Of a stretch of DNA of 64,000 nt, positions 38,022 through 51,340 are shown piece by piece. Made by a program: the position numbers and the translations under genes. Numbering within the stretch: the stretch's first letter is position 1; the number at the start of each line of letters is the position of its first letter. Origin of the DNA: an uncultured delta proteobacterium. GTDB taxonomy: Bacteria; Desulfobacterota; Binatia; UBA9968. The notes beneath the pieces were generated by a model. That model had not been told where the DNA came from. It was given only the letters and a program-made list of their open reading frames with translations, and ran no database searches. The DNA lies in assembly GCA_963816145.1 (NCBI GenBank), contig CAWFJP010000018.1, positions 32,001 to 96,000 on the forward strand. The letters are read 5' to 3'.

Positions 38022-40121
38022 CTAATGCTCGCCCTCGTGCTCGGCCATCTTGCGCGCCTTGGTTTCTTTGATGACTTTTTCGGCCAAGTGCGCCGGCAGC
38101 TCTTCATAGTGCGCGAACTCTAGTTGAAACTCACCACGCCCGCTGGTGATGGCGCGCAGATCGGCGGCATACTTGAGCACCTCCGCCATCGGCACTTTGC
38201 TTTTAATTACTTGAATACGGCCCTTGGTTTCCATGCCCACCACTTTACCACGCCGGCTGTTCAAATCGCCGATGATGTCGCCCATGCACTCGTCCGGCAC
38301 TGAAACCTCCAGGTTCATGATCGGTTCGAGCAGCACCGGTTTGGCCTTTTCCACCGCGTTGCGAAAGCCCATGGACGCGGCGATCTTGAACGCCATATCG
38401 GAAGAATCGACATCATGATAGGAGCCATCGTAAAGCGTCGCTTTGACATCAACCATTGGAAAACCGGCGAGGTAGCCGCCCGCCATAGCTTCTCTAATCC
38501 CCTTCTCCACCGCCGGGATATAATTCCGCGGGATCGCGCCGCCAACAATCTTGTCGACGAATTCAAACCCGCCACCATGGGGCAGAGGTTCGACTTTGAT
38601 CCAAGTATCGCCAAATTGGCCATGTCCGCCGGTCTGTTTTTTTTGCCGTCCTTGGGCGCTGGCGCTGGCGCGGATGGTTTCTTTATAGGGCACCTTGGGC
38701 GCTTTGAGCACCACCTCGGCGCCATATTTGCGCTTCAATTTCTCGACGGCGATTTCAATATGCTGCTGGCCCATGCCCGACAAAATGAAATCGCGGGTTT
38801 CTTCGTCGCGGTGCAAGTCGATGGTCTGATCCTCCTCCTTCATGCGATGCAATCCCTGCGGCAGCTTGTCCTCGTCCGCTTTGCTTTTGGGTTCCAAGGC
38901 GAAGGAAATATTGGGCGTAAAATGGACCGGCCCGTCGTATTGGATCGGCGCCTTTTCATCGCATAGGGTGTCGCCGGTGGCGATGTCTCTAAACTTAGCG
39001 ACCGCGATGATTTCACCCGCTAGAGCTTCTTTCACCGCCTCTTGCTTCTTCCCTTCAAGGCGAAATAAGTGGCCGACCTTCTCGCGAACTTGCCGGGTTG
39101 GCACGTAGATCGTCATGTCGGAATTAAGCTTGCCGGAGATCACGCGCAGGATCGACAGCTTACCGGCGAAGGGATCGATGACAGTTTTAAACACATAAGC
39201 TGAGAATGGCGCGTCAGGATCATGTTTGCGCTTGAGGGCTTCGCCCTTCACGGGATTCTTGCCGGTGAATTCCGCCTCCTCCAGCGGCGCCGGCAGATAG
39301 TCGGCCACGGCATCGAGCAACTGCACGACGCCGATCTGGCGCAGCGGCGAACCGAACAGAATCGGAAATATCCGCCGTTCCAGGGTGGCGTCACGGACGG
39401 CCTTTTTTAATTCCTCCACCGCCAACTCCTTGCCGTCGAGAAACTTCTCGAGTAACGCGTCATCGAGTTCGGAGACATCTTCGAGCATTTTTTCGCGCCA
39501 CTCCAGCGCGTCCGCGTTGAGCTCTGCGGGAATGTCAACTTCATTGCATTTGCCCGAGTCACCGTCAAAGACGAAAGCCTTCATCGACAAGAGATCGACG
39601 ACTCCCTTAAAGTCGAACTCGGTGCCGATGGGCATTTGTAAATAAACTCCCTTGGCATCCAAAGTTTCCAGCATCGGTGCGATGCGCTCACGGAGGTTAG
39701 CTGGCTCGTGATCCATCTTGGAGATGAACAGTAGCCGGCTCACGCCATCTTCGTTGGCACGTGCCCATAGCCGTTCCGATTCGACGCGGACACCAACGGT
39801 GGGATTGAGCACAAACACAGCGCCGCCCATGGCGCGGATGCTGTTGATCGAGTCGGCGAGAAACGCCGCGTAGCCCGGCGTGTCGATCAAGGTAATCCCG
39901 TATTTCTTCCATGATAAAGAATGAAACGCGGTCGAGATCGTCACCCGATGTTTGATCTCTTCCGGTTCGAAATCGAGCACCGAAGTGCCGTCTAGGACTT
40001 TGCCGAACCGCTGAGTCGCCCCCGCCGCAAACAATATCGCCTCGCCTAAAGAGGTCTTCCCCGAACCGCCCTGACCCAAAATGCCGACGTTACGCAGTTT
40101 ATCGAACTCCGCTGCAGCCAT
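38022..40121 (-). CDS. fusA: Elongation factor G paralogue (EF-G2)
   Basis: Full five-domain length; KKQTGGHGQFG, GSYHDVDSS; divergent G motifs GQGGSGKT, DTPGY, SKMD. Confidence 0.93.
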   Translation of the reverse strand: MAAAEFDKLRNVGILGQGGSGKTSLGEAILFAAGATQRFGKVLDGTSVLDFEPEEIKHRVTISTAFHSLSWKKYGITLIDTPGYAAFLADSINSIRAMGGAVFVLNPTVGVRVESERLWARANEDGVSRLLFISKMDHEPANLRERIAPMLETLDAKGVYLQMPIGTEFDFKGVVDLLSMKAFVFDGDSGKCNEVDIPAELNADALEWREKMLEDVSELDDALLEKFLDGKELAVEELKKAVRDATLERRIFPILFGSPLRQIGVVQLLDAVADYLPAPLEEAEFTGKNPVKGEALKRKHDPDAPFSAYVFKTVIDPFAGKLSILRVISGKLNSDMTIYVPTRQVREKVGHLFRLEGKKQEAVKEALAGEIIAVAKFRDIATGDTLCDEKAPIQYDGPVHFTPNISFALEPKSKADEDKLPQGLHRMKEEDQTIDLHRDEETRDFILSGMGQQHIEIAVEKLKRKYGAEVVLKAPKVPYKETIRASASAQGRQKKQTGGHGQFGDTWIKVEPLPHGGGFEFVDKIVGGAIPRNYIPAVEKGIREAMAGGYLAGFPMVDVKATLYDGSYHDVDSSDMAFKIAASMGFRNAVEKAKPVLLEPIMNLEVSVPDECMGDIIGDLNSRRGKVVGMETKGRIQVIKSKVPMAEVLKYAADLRAITSGRGEFQLEFAHYEELPAHLAEKVIKETKARKMAEHEGEH

Positions 40122-40168
40122 ACAAAGGATTCCTCCTTCCAATTTCTGCTACGTTGCTGTTTGGCTAA

Positions 40169-40939
40169 TTATCTCAGTGCATTCCGTTCATGAATGATCC
40201 GTAGGCCTTCGAGGGTAAGAAACTCGTCGACCTCATCAATCGTCGCGCACTCCGACGCCACCAGGGGCGCAAGCCCGCCTGTGGCAATGACCTTGACCTG
40301 AATGTTCTGTTCTTTTTGGATTCGCTTGACCAGGCCGTCAACCAAGCCGACGTAACCGTAAAAAATTCCCGCTTGAATCGAATTGACCGTGTTGCGCCCG
40401 ACCACCTCCTTGGGCTTGATGATTTCGATGCGCGGCAGCTTCGACGCTCTTTGCACCAACGCTTCGAGTGAAATCGACAACCCCGGGGCGATGGCGCCGC
40501 CGACGTATTCGCCTTTTTTGGAAATCAGATCGATGGTCGTTGCGGTGCCGAAATCGACGACGATGCAAGCGTCGCGATATTTGTCGTAGGCGGCAATGCC
40601 GTTGACGATGCGGTCGGCGCCGACATCCTTGGGGTTCTCGTAAAGAATCGGCATGCCGGTTTTGATGCCGGGACCGACGATCAGCGGGTCGCGATCGAAA
40701 AATCGCGCCGCCAGCTCCTGTGTCGTCGTCAGCATCGGCGGCACCACGCAAGAAACTGCGATGGCCGAGATCTGCTCGCAGCGATAACCGCCATGCTCGA
40801 CCAGCTGAGTGAGGATGACGCCGTATTCATCGGCGGTTCGCTCCGCTTGGGTCGCCAGGCGCCAATGGGTGATTAGCTTCTTGGCTTGGTACAGTCCAAG
40901 GACGATGTTGGTGTTACCGATATCGATGGCGAGCAGCAT
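40169..40939 (-). CDS. coaX: Type III pantothenate kinase
   Basis: [26 protein letters not shown]. Confidence 0.96.
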   Translation of the reverse strand: MLLAIDIGNTNIVLGLYQAKKLITHWRLATQAERTADEYGVILTQLVEHGGYRCEQISAIAVSCVVPPMLTTTQELAARFFDRDPLIVGPGIKTGMPILYENPKDVGADRIVNGIAAYDKYRDACIVVDFGTATTIDLISKKGEYVGGAIAPGLSISLEALVQRASKLPRIEIIKPKEVVGRNTVNSIQAGIFYGYVGLVDGLVKRIQKEQNIQVKVIATGGLAPLVASECATIDEVDEFLTLEGLRIIHERNALR

Positions 40940-40949
40940 GGCGCGCGTT

Positions 40950-41795
40950 TCAATTCTCCAGTGGAATCACATCACCGGCGAGGATCCTCTGTTCGTTGCC
41001 GCTTTCGTCAACCAGCACCAGGGCGCCATCGCGATCGATGCCTTGGGCGGTGCCGAGAGTGACTTGATCGAGCAACTCAATCCGCAGGCGCCGGCCGCGC
41101 CATGCGAAATAACTCTGCCAACGCCGCGCCAAAGCATCGAAACCGGCTTGTTCAAGCTCTCCATAACACCGCTCGATACCTTGAAGCAATCGTTGCAGAA
41201 AGCTTTCGCGGTGAACCGTCTTGCCGGTAACTTCGAGCAACGAGGTAGCACGCCGCCGGAGCTCTTCCGGCATGGCGTCGCTGGCATAATTGAGGTTGAC
41301 GCCGACGCCCAAAATTACATAGTGGACCCGTTCAGTGTCGCAGGAGGCTTCGGTAAGAATCCCGGCGAGCTTTTTATTGCCGATCAGAATGTCGTTGGGC
41401 CACTTGATCGCGGTCTGCCCCGGCACATAAGCGTCGACCACATCGGCCAGAGCGACCGCCGCCATCAACGTGATTTGCGCCGCGTGAGCTGGCGAAAGTT
41501 TGGGGCGAAGCAAAATCGACAGATAGAGATTTGTGAATGGCGGCGATTCCCAGCGCCGCCCCAAGCGGCCGCGCCCCTGGCTCTGCGACTCCGCAACCAC
41601 CACAGTCCCCTCCGCTGCGCCAGCCTCGGCGAGCTCCCGGGCATGACTGTTGGTAGAGCCGATTTCGTCAAAGTAATGAAACGACTTGCCGAAACGGCCG
41701 CCAGCAAGACCTTGCTGAAGGAGCGTAACGTCGAGCGCCGCCGGCTGTGCAACTGTGACGTCTTGGACCGATGAAACCGCCTTGAAGTCAAACAT
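40950..41795 (-). CDS. birA: Biotin--protein ligase (no evident N-terminal HTH)
   Basis: [34 protein letters not shown]. Confidence 0.95.
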   Translation of the reverse strand: MFDFKAVSSVQDVTVAQPAALDVTLLQQGLAGGRFGKSFHYFDEIGSTNSHARELAEAGAAEGTVVVAESQSQGRGRLGRRWESPPFTNLYLSILLRPKLSPAHAAQITLMAAVALADVVDAYVPGQTAIKWPNDILIGNKKLAGILTEASCDTERVHYVILGVGVNLNYASDAMPEELRRRATSLLEVTGKTVHRESFLQRLLQGIERCYGELEQAGFDALARRWQSYFAWRGRRLRIELLDQVTLGTAQGIDRDGALVLVDESGNEQRILAGDVIPLEN

Positions 41796-42636
41796 TCATC
41801 GTGATCTTCATATTGAAGTCGACCACCGGCGCCGAATGAGTAAGCGCGCCGGAAGAAATAAAATCGACGCCGGTTTCGGCGACCTGGCGGATCGAATCCA
41901 ACGTAATGCCGCCGGAGGCTTCCACCCCCGCGCGTTTGTTGATCAACTTCACCGCTTCGCTCATCTGCGCCAAGTTCATGTTGTCGAGCATAATGACATC
42001 GGCGCCGGCATCGATCGCCTCTTGCACCTGTTTCATGTTGCTGGCCTCGACTTCGACCTTGGCCATGAACGGCGCATGGCGGCGCACCGCCGTGACCGCG
42101 CCGGCGATCGATCCGGTGGCTTCGATATGATTGTCCTTGACCAGCGCTGCGTCGTAGAGACCGATGCGATGGTTGGTGCCACCACCCATGCGCACGGCGT
42201 ACTTCTGCAGCGTGCGCAGCCCAGGTGTGGTTTTGCGGGTATCGAGAACTTTGCAGGAGAAGTCTTTGACGGCGTCGACTAGTTTGCGCGTTAAGGTTGC
42301 CGTGCCGGAGAGCTGCTGCAAAAAATTGAGCGCTGTCCGCTCGCCCAATAATAACGCCCGCACCGGCCCAACCGCTTCAGCGACTACCATACCGGACTTT
42401 ACCGCCGCGCCATCTTTGACCAACAATCGAACCTCTACTCTATGATCGATGAAATAAAAAATTCTGTCGAGCAGAACCAAGCCGGCAACCACGCCGTCCT
42501 TCTTGGCGCGGAACAGCCCCTTGCCCCGGGCGTCCGCCGAAATCGTCGCCATGGTCGCCAGATCACCGGCACCGATATCTTCATCGAGCGCATCGCGAAT
42601 CAACCTTTCAATTTGTGGGCTGACATGGATATCCAT
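41788..42636 (-). CDS. nadC: Quinolinate phosphoribosyltransferase
   Basis: ERTALN, DTRKTTPGLR, VKDNH, MLDNM, EASGGI, GALTHS. Confidence 0.97.
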   Translation of the reverse strand: MDIHVSPQIERLIRDALDEDIGAGDLATMATISADARGKGLFRAKKDGVVAGLVLLDRIFYFIDHRVEVRLLVKDGAAVKSGMVVAEAVGPVRALLLGERTALNFLQQLSGTATLTRKLVDAVKDFSCKVLDTRKTTPGLRTLQKYAVRMGGGTNHRIGLYDAALVKDNHIEATGSIAGAVTAVRRHAPFMAKVEVEASNMKQVQEAIDAGADVIMLDNMNLAQMSEAVKLINKRAGVEASGGITLDSIRQVAETGVDFISSGALTHSAPVVDFNMKITMNV

Positions 42637-42640
42637 AAAA

Positions 42641-45394
<2,754 letters not shown>

Positions 45395-45414
45395 TCTTGT
45401 ATTAACCCTGGAGT

Positions 45415-45913
45415 TCAGCCGTTTTCAGGCTCATCGTCGACCACTTCGACTAATTCAATCACCTCGGCGCCACCCGCCGCCGGGCTAACGGCTGCCTTGG
45501 TTTTCTTGGCGCGGGTTTTTGCCGGCAAAGCGGTGCGAGATTCCACCCGCTTTGCGGCTGCTGTCGATGGGCTCGCCGGATTGACACAATCGAACACCGC
45601 TTTGAGCAGCCGTTCGCGCTGCACAGGCATTTTTAATGTTACCCAATTGACGCGCTCCGGAGTTGAAACTGGCTCCAGGTCATCGATCCACACCGTCGGG
45701 ACTTTCCAACTATCGACGGCTTGAAGATCAACTTCGGTTAGCCTTGCTCCCTGGCGTAACATCGCCGCATCGACGATCACCCCGTCGACATTCTCAAGCG
45801 CCGGCGCTTGCCGGCAACGCATCGACAAATCGAGCGAGATGATCAGGTATCAGCGCCACAGCCAGTCCATAGCGCATCATAAGATTCGGTTCTATGACTA
45901 ATAATCGACTCAT
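45415..45913 (-). CDS. Degenerate receiver-like hypothetical protein, frameshifted near 45808
   Basis: MSRLLVIEPNLMMRYGLAVAL.. joins ..APALENVDGVIVD..LKMPV on removing one base. Confidence 0.6.
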
Positions 45914-46008
45914 CAATGGACTCATTTGGCCAATTACGCTCGGCAAACTTGACAAGCCCACCACCCCAAGTTAGAAACATAGGGTCTCGTCAATATTCGA
46001 GCAATTGC

Positions 46009-46095
46009 GCGAAAGTGGCGGAATTGGCAGACGCGCAGGACTCAGGATCCTGTGGGGTAACACCCGTAGGGGTTCAACTCCCCTCTTTCGCACCA
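46009..46095 (+). tRNA. tRNA-Leu(CAG)
   Basis: Acceptor stem GCGAAAG/CTTTCGC, D-arm GGAATTGGCAGAC, anticodon arm CAGGA-ctCAGga-TCCTG, long variable arm, GGTTCAACTCC, encoded CCA. Confidence 0.97.
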
Positions 46096-46273
46096 ACAAT
46101 TAATTAACATACAAACCAGCGATTCTCTAACGTTCGCCGCTATTCTCCCTGCCAAACATGCAGCGTTAGTTCGGCCGAATTTTGTCCCCGGTGAAATCGC
46201 CTCAACCGGGACGGCTGCAAGAGCGCGTTCATCGCGCGGCGAATCATCGCGGTTAGTTTAAGTGGGAGTGCGT

Positions 46274-46612
46274 ATGCCCAGGATTGGCCAGCTAATCGTC
46301 ATGGCCCTGTTAGTGACAGCCGTTGCCGGCTGCTCGAAAGAAAGCGATCAAAGTTCAGGGAAAAGTCCAGATTGGCAGCGCGGCAGAGCCGTGTTTCTGG
46401 CAAATTGTATCGCCTGCCATAACAACGACCCATCAAAGGATGGTTCGATTGGTCCAGCAATCGCCGGCTCATCGAAAGAGTTGATCGAATCCCGCGTTCT
46501 CTCCACCAGCTATCCGCCCAACTATAAACCAAAACGGCCAACTAAGGTCATGCCCCAATTTCCATTTTTGAAAGAGGAGGTCCCTTACTTGGCCGCTTAT
46601 CTGGCTCAATAG
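46274..46612 (+). CDS. Monoheme cytochrome c lipoprotein
   Basis: Lipobox VAGC, CIACH haem motif, distal Met in VMPQF. Confidence 0.88.
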   Translation: MPRIGQLIVMALLVTAVAGCSKESDQSSGKSPDWQRGRAVFLANCIACHNNDPSKDGSIGPAIAGSSKELIESRVLSTSYPPNYKPKRPTKVMPQFPFLKEEVPYLAAYLAQ

Positions 46613-46621
46613 CGCGGGCTT

Positions 46622-47320
46622 TTAGGTCAGCGCCATCGTCAACAAGAACAAGATACCGGTCAACAGGAAGCCAAACCAAAGCGCTCCCTTGACCGAATCC
46701 AACGGTTTCTTGGTTGGACCTTGTGTCCCGACCAAGGCGTTAACTTCGACAGCCGCTACAATGATGATCACGAGAATCCAGTAAAAGGCCCGGGATTCGG
46801 ATTGATGCACCATCGCGCCATAGTGACTCGCCGCGCCCATGAAGAAGAGCATTGGAATTGAAAAGACCGTATTGGTCCTGGAGGCTAGGCCAGCGCGGCG
46901 GCCGGCTCCCGCTGCCGCCGGCAACGCTTGTCCGCCGGAAGCGACCTGACTGGTCGAGGCCATGACAATTTGCTGATTGGGCCAAATCACCAGCCAGACA
47001 TTCAGAAACATCAGGATACCCATCAAGCCGCCGACTGTGATCGTCACGCCGTAGGGCGATGAATAGAACAAGCTGCCGCCCATCTCACCGAGCCGCATGA
47101 TATAGATCAAGATGCCCGCCAGAAACGTAAACATCGCGCCCCAACGAAACCACCATAACGCGCGCGGCAAAAGCTTTTGAATCGCGCCGGTGCGCACCGC
47201 CGGTTCGGTCTCGGCGAAAAACGGTGTCTGGACAAAGTTAAAATAGTAAAGAATCCCGATCCAAGTTACGCCCGCCAAAAAATGCACCCACCGCAAGAAA
47301 AATAGCGTGAACTCATGCAT
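46622..47320 (-). CDS. PuuD/urate oxidase N-terminal-like membrane protein (no fused cytochrome c)
   Basis: RWVHFLAGVTWIGILYYFNF, WWFRW, MFLNVWLVIWPNQ, SRTNTVFSIPMLFFM..SH. Confidence 0.8.
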   Translation of the reverse strand: MHEFTLFFLRWVHFLAGVTWIGILYYFNFVQTPFFAETEPAVRTGAIQKLLPRALWWFRWGAMFTFLAGILIYIMRLGEMGGSLFYSSPYGVTITVGGLMGILMFLNVWLVIWPNQQIVMASTSQVASGGQALPAAAGAGRRAGLASRTNTVFSIPMLFFMGAASHYGAMVHQSESRAFYWILVIIIVAAVEVNALVGTQGPTKKPLDSVKGALWFGFLLTGILFLLTMALT

Positions 47321-47539
47321 TGTAGTATCTCCTTTTCTCGTCTGGTTTGGTCTATATGAATTGCACAAACCGAGTTGTTATGCTCGGTGTATATATTAGG
47401 GGACGGTCGTTTTTGTCAAGGAATATTCACGGGTTTTGCCTGGGCGCGAGAATTTTCACTGCGCCGCGCAACGCCATCGTTGGGCAAGCCTGCAGCGCCG
47501 CAACCGTCACTGCAATCAGCTTGACGTGACAGGGGATCT

Positions 47540-48628
47540 ATGACATTTTGCCTGCATCTTTTCTATCCGACCCGTGGAGACTATCTGATCCAAGAGAGCA
47601 AATCAGGGACGTTGGCGGCGGAATCGCCCAGCGCGCTCAATGGTGAACGGAAAATCCCGCTATTGAAGGGAATCAACGATCCATTCAGCTATGTGAGCGA
47701 CGAACTCAATCTCGTCGAAGAGAATCTCGCTCGAGCGATTCGTTCCCGCGAACAACAACTCACCGACATCGCCGGCCATCTGATCGTCGGCGGCGGCAAA
47801 CGAGTGCGCCCGATGGTGACGCTGCTGGCTTACGCCGCTTTCGGCGGCAAGCGTGTGCGGGATATCGTCGACATCGCTACAGCTATCGAATTGATTCACA
47901 CGGCAACGCTGCTCCATGACGACATCATCGACGGCGCCGATACTCGCCGCGGCAAAGTTTCGGCATTCAAAAAATACGGTTTGAAATCGACGCTGGTTGC
48001 CGGTGATTTTTTGTTCATCAAGGCTTTCGAATTCGCCGGCAAATTCGATGAGACCGTGGTGCAGTGGACGGCCGATGCCTGCACCCTGTTGACCGAAGGT
48101 GAAATCCTGCAAAGTCATTTCAACCGCAATCACGCCGTCACGCTTGACGACTATGTCGAAATCGTTAAGCGCAAGACCGCCTCGTTGTTTCACACCGGCA
48201 CCAAAGTCGGCGCCTACCTTGCGGGCGCCAGCCAAGCAATGATCGACGAAACCGAACGTTACGGTTTGAACATGGGCGTCGCCTTTCAGATGGTCGACGA
48301 CATCCTCGATATCGTGGGGCATCCCGATCTGCTCGGCAAACCAACCGGCATGGACCTGCGCGATGGCAATCCCGCATTGCCGATTATTTTGGCGCTCAAA
48401 CAGGGCGATCCGGCGGTGTGCGCGGTGTTCGATTGCGAAAATCCGTCGGAACCGCAGATCGCTCGAGCCATCGAGGCGATTAAAAACGGCCCCTCCATCG
48501 GCGAGGCCAAAGCTCTGGCCAAGCAGGCGGCCGAAGTCGCATTGAAGTCAATTCGGAAACTCCCTCCTTCGCAATACCGAAATGGTTTGAAGACCCTGGT
48601 TCAGCTCATCATCGATCGAGACTTTTAG
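47540..48628 (+). CDS. Polyprenyl diphosphate synthase (IspB/HepT-like); start uncertain
   Basis: GGKRVRP, LLHDDIID, GEILQ, KTA, FQMVDDILD. Confidence 0.92.
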   Translation: MTFCLHLFYPTRGDYLIQESKSGTLAAESPSALNGERKIPLLKGINDPFSYVSDELNLVEENLARAIRSREQQLTDIAGHLIVGGGKRVRPMVTLLAYAAFGGKRVRDIVDIATAIELIHTATLLHDDIIDGADTRRGKVSAFKKYGLKSTLVAGDFLFIKAFEFAGKFDETVVQWTADACTLLTEGEILQSHFNRNHAVTLDDYVEIVKRKTASLFHTGTKVGAYLAGASQAMIDETERYGLNMGVAFQMVDDILDIVGHPDLLGKPTGMDLRDGNPALPIILALKQGDPAVCAVFDCENPSEPQIARAIEAIKNGPSIGEAKALAKQAAEVALKSIRKLPPSQYRNGLKTLVQLIIDRDF

Positions 48629-48690
48629 AGAGCCTGATGCCGCGCGCCGGTGCTCGGAATGCCGGCCCATGGGTACACGTGTTTCAATTC

Positions 48691-49425
48691 ATGTCCGTTC
48701 AAAGCCATCCGCGCGACCAGGCGGTGCAGGGAATGTTCGACCGGATCGCCGGCCGGTACGATCTCCTCAACCGCGTCATCAGCTTCAAGCTTGATAACTG
48801 GTGGCGTAAGCAGGCCATCGAAATCCTCATCCACGGCGAGGCACCGCGCGTCGTCGATCTCGGCACCGGCACCGGCGACATGATCTTCAGCGCCATGAAA
48901 AGTGCGCACGGCAATGCGCGCGTGGTTGGCCTCGACTTCTCACTGAATATGCTGCAATTAGCGCAGTCCAAGCGAGCGACGCAGCCCGAGAGTGCGACGG
49001 CGACCTTCGTCCAGGGCAGCGCCTTGGCGTCGCCCTTCAAGAACGCCAGCTTCGATGGTGCGATGAGCGCTTTTGTACTGCGCAATGTGTCAGATCTTAG
49101 TGTTTTTTTTAGCGAGGCTTGCCGGATTCTCAAGCCCGGCGGAAAATTAGTCACCCTCGACATGTTTCCGCCCCAACAGAATTGGTTCGCGCCGTTGTAC
49201 TGCCTCTATTTTTACCGCCTGGTGCCGTGGATCGGCGGATTGCTCGCCCGCGACCGCAGTGCTTACCGCTATCTATCCGACTCGGTGCGCCGGTTTCATC
49301 CCCCAGAAGTCATTAGCGATCGGATTCGCCAAGCCGGCTTTGCCCGGGTGACGCTGCGCAAATTTCTCAACGGCGCGGTGTGCATGCATATCGCTGAAAA
49401 AGCCGGCGCTAACCAAGCCCGATAG
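48691..49425 (+). CDS. ubiE: Ubiquinone/menaquinone C-methyltransferase (UbiE/MenG)
   Basis: MFDRIAGRYDLLN, DLGTGTGD, FVLRNV, LKPGG, AYRYLSDS. Confidence 0.92.
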   Translation: MSVQSHPRDQAVQGMFDRIAGRYDLLNRVISFKLDNWWRKQAIEILIHGEAPRVVDLGTGTGDMIFSAMKSAHGNARVVGLDFSLNMLQLAQSKRATQPESATATFVQGSALASPFKNASFDGAMSAFVLRNVSDLSVFFSEACRILKPGGKLVTLDMFPPQQNWFAPLYCLYFYRLVPWIGGLLARDRSAYRYLSDSVRRFHPPEVISDRIRQAGFARVTLRKFLNGAVCMHIAEKAGANQAR

Positions 49426-49429
49426 GACG

Positions 49430-50260
49430 ATGCAAGGATTTTCCAGCAGCTTCCTGATATTCTTCTACCAAATCGCTTTGGGTGGAATGTTCGCCCTGGC
49501 CGGCACCCCGTTTCACGAAATCGAGCGCGGCTTTTACAAGTCCACCGCCGGAGTTCTCTACTTCATCGCGGTGGTCGGCTTTTTCGGCAAAAGCGGTTTT
49601 TATCTGCACGCTTTCAGCCAGTCCGTCAGCCTCGGACTCGGATTGGAAATCTTCTTCCACAGCGCGTTTATTCTAGCATTCACCGCCTACATGATTTCGC
49701 TCTGGGGTGAACGGCAAGTTTTTCGCGCGCGCAGCTTCTCCGCCACCCTTCTGACCGGCTTGGCCGGCTTGCTGATTAGCACCCATAGCTTTTCCAGCGC
49801 GCCGTTGTTGGCGGTCGAGAGCGTAATTTATCCTGCGGCGTTTTTCCTGTCGTCGCTTTTACTGGGCAGTGTCACGGTCGGCATGTTGATCGGCCACTGG
49901 TATCTGATCGACACCGGTCAAAGTCTCGACCCGTTCATTCGCATCTATAAGTTCTTTGTCTACGCGTTGGCGGCGCAGTGCTTATTTTATCTTATCGCCC
50001 CACTGGGGTTGCATCTCGCGGGCAGCGCAGCAAGCCTGAATGGGCTTCAACGTCTGTGGCAGAACCATTCGACCCTGCTGGTCAGCCGGCTCATCGCCGG
50101 GCAAATCGCGCCGCTAATTTTGTCATGGATGATTTGGCGCACGCTGCTGATTCCCCACACCATGGCAGCGACCGGCCTTTTTTATATCGCGCTGCTCGGA
50201 GTGTTTGTCGGGGAAATTTTGGGACGGCAAATCCTGGCGCTCACTTCGCTGCCCTTTTGA
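49430..50260 (+). CDS. Uncharacterised polytopic membrane protein
   Basis: About 8 hydrophobic segments; MLIGHWYL and AATGLFY motifs; starts 4 nt after ubiE. Confidence 0.75.
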   Translation: MQGFSSSFLIFFYQIALGGMFALAGTPFHEIERGFYKSTAGVLYFIAVVGFFGKSGFYLHAFSQSVSLGLGLEIFFHSAFILAFTAYMISLWGERQVFRARSFSATLLTGLAGLLISTHSFSSAPLLAVESVIYPAAFFLSSLLLGSVTVGMLIGHWYLIDTGQSLDPFIRIYKFFVYALAAQCLFYLIAPLGLHLAGSAASLNGLQRLWQNHSTLLVSRLIAGQIAPLILSWMIWRTLLIPHTMAATGLFYIALLGVFVGEILGRQILALTSLPF

Positions 50261-50284
50261 AATCCATCCATCGAGATCACAGGA

Positions 50285-50551
50285 CTATTTAGGATAGGTC
50301 TTAATCTTGGTAACCCGCAGGCCGGCCGAAGTCCAACCGAGGTCATAGCCAACCTGCTCGCCGACTCGTAGATCAAGCGCCGACTTGATCGCGCCGATCA
50401 GAATGACCAGGTCATAGGAAAACGTCAGTTCACGGCCGCTCTCAGTGCGCACGACACCGGTGTTATTTGACGGGAATAGCTTGGTGATCACGCCTTGATG
50501 ATACCAATCACCACGGCTTGAGGCTAACGGGTCATTTTCTGGTTCAGCCAT
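50285..50551 (-). CDS. Small cold-shock-domain-like OB-fold protein
   Basis: GVITKLFPSNNTGVVRTESGRELTFSY..LRVGEQVGYDL..GLRVTKI parallels the CSD strand pattern; start at MAEPE. Confidence 0.65.
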   Translation of the reverse strand: MAEPENDPLASSRGDWYHQGVITKLFPSNNTGVVRTESGRELTFSYDLVILIGAIKSALDLRVGEQVGYDLGWTSAGLRVTKIKTYPK

Positions 50552-50640
50552 TTCTTGTTGTGTCGAAACCGGACAGGGGCTGCTGCCAACCATGCTGGGC
50601 GACTCCAGCGACGGTCGCCGCGGCGGGACAATCCCGAAAT

Positions 50641-51159
50641 TTACGTGATCGGATGTTTTTGCTGGGCAATGCGACCTTGCAGCTCCATCAGACCATCCAA
50701 AACCGCCTCTGGACGCGGCGGACAGCCGGGCACGTAGACGTCGACCGGAATGATGCGATCGATGCCTTGCACCGTCGCGTAGTTGTCGTAAAAGCCGCCG
50801 CTGGCCGCGCAGGCACCGAAGGCCATCACCCACTTGGGCTCGGACATTTGCTCGTACACTCTTTTGAGCACCGGCGAAAGTTTGTGGTTGACGGTGCCGA
50901 TCACCATCAATAGATCGGCCTGTCGCGGACTAAAGCGCGGCAACAGGGCGCCGAAACGATCGATGTCATAGGGCGACATGGAGAGTGACATATACTCCAT
51001 GGCGCAGCAGGCCGTCGCAAACGGATAGGGAAATAACGAATATTTGCGCGCCCAACCCAACGCCTTATCCAAGCGCGTCAGGACAACCGAATCGGCCAGC
51101 AGCCGATCTTGTCCAAACGCTGGATTCGCCGTCGCCGCTACTTGGTTTGTCGGATTCAA
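50641..51159 (-). CDS. nuoB: NADH-quinone oxidoreductase subunit B (stand-alone)
   Basis: ACCAME, SPRQADL, FGACAASGG, DVYVPGCPPRPE; probable TTG start at 51159 after AAGGTGG. Confidence 0.93.
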   Translation of the reverse strand: MNPTNQVAATANPAFGQDRLLADSVVLTRLDKALGWARKYSLFPYPFATACCAMEYMSLSMSPYDIDRFGALLPRFSPRQADLLMVIGTVNHKLSPVLKRVYEQMSEPKWVMAFGACAASGGFYDNYATVQGIDRIIPVDVYVPGCPPRPEAVLDGLMELQGRIAQQKHPIT

Positions 51160-51340
51160 TGAGCCACCTTCGATCGATTGCAATGAGCTTACGAGAAGAA
51201 AGGTACTCTGTTTCTTCGGAATTAACAAATCTTTGCCGCCGTGAGGGAACGGTAGGTTACCGCGCCCGTCTATCGGACGATCACCGGTGCGAGCAAGGCC
51301 AAAGGATCGAACGGCCAACCTATCTAAAAAAATTACTTAA

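Noticed and set aside
46096-47400. Genomic island integrated at tRNA-Leu
   Set aside because: No integrase and no duplicated tRNA 3' end seen in the window.
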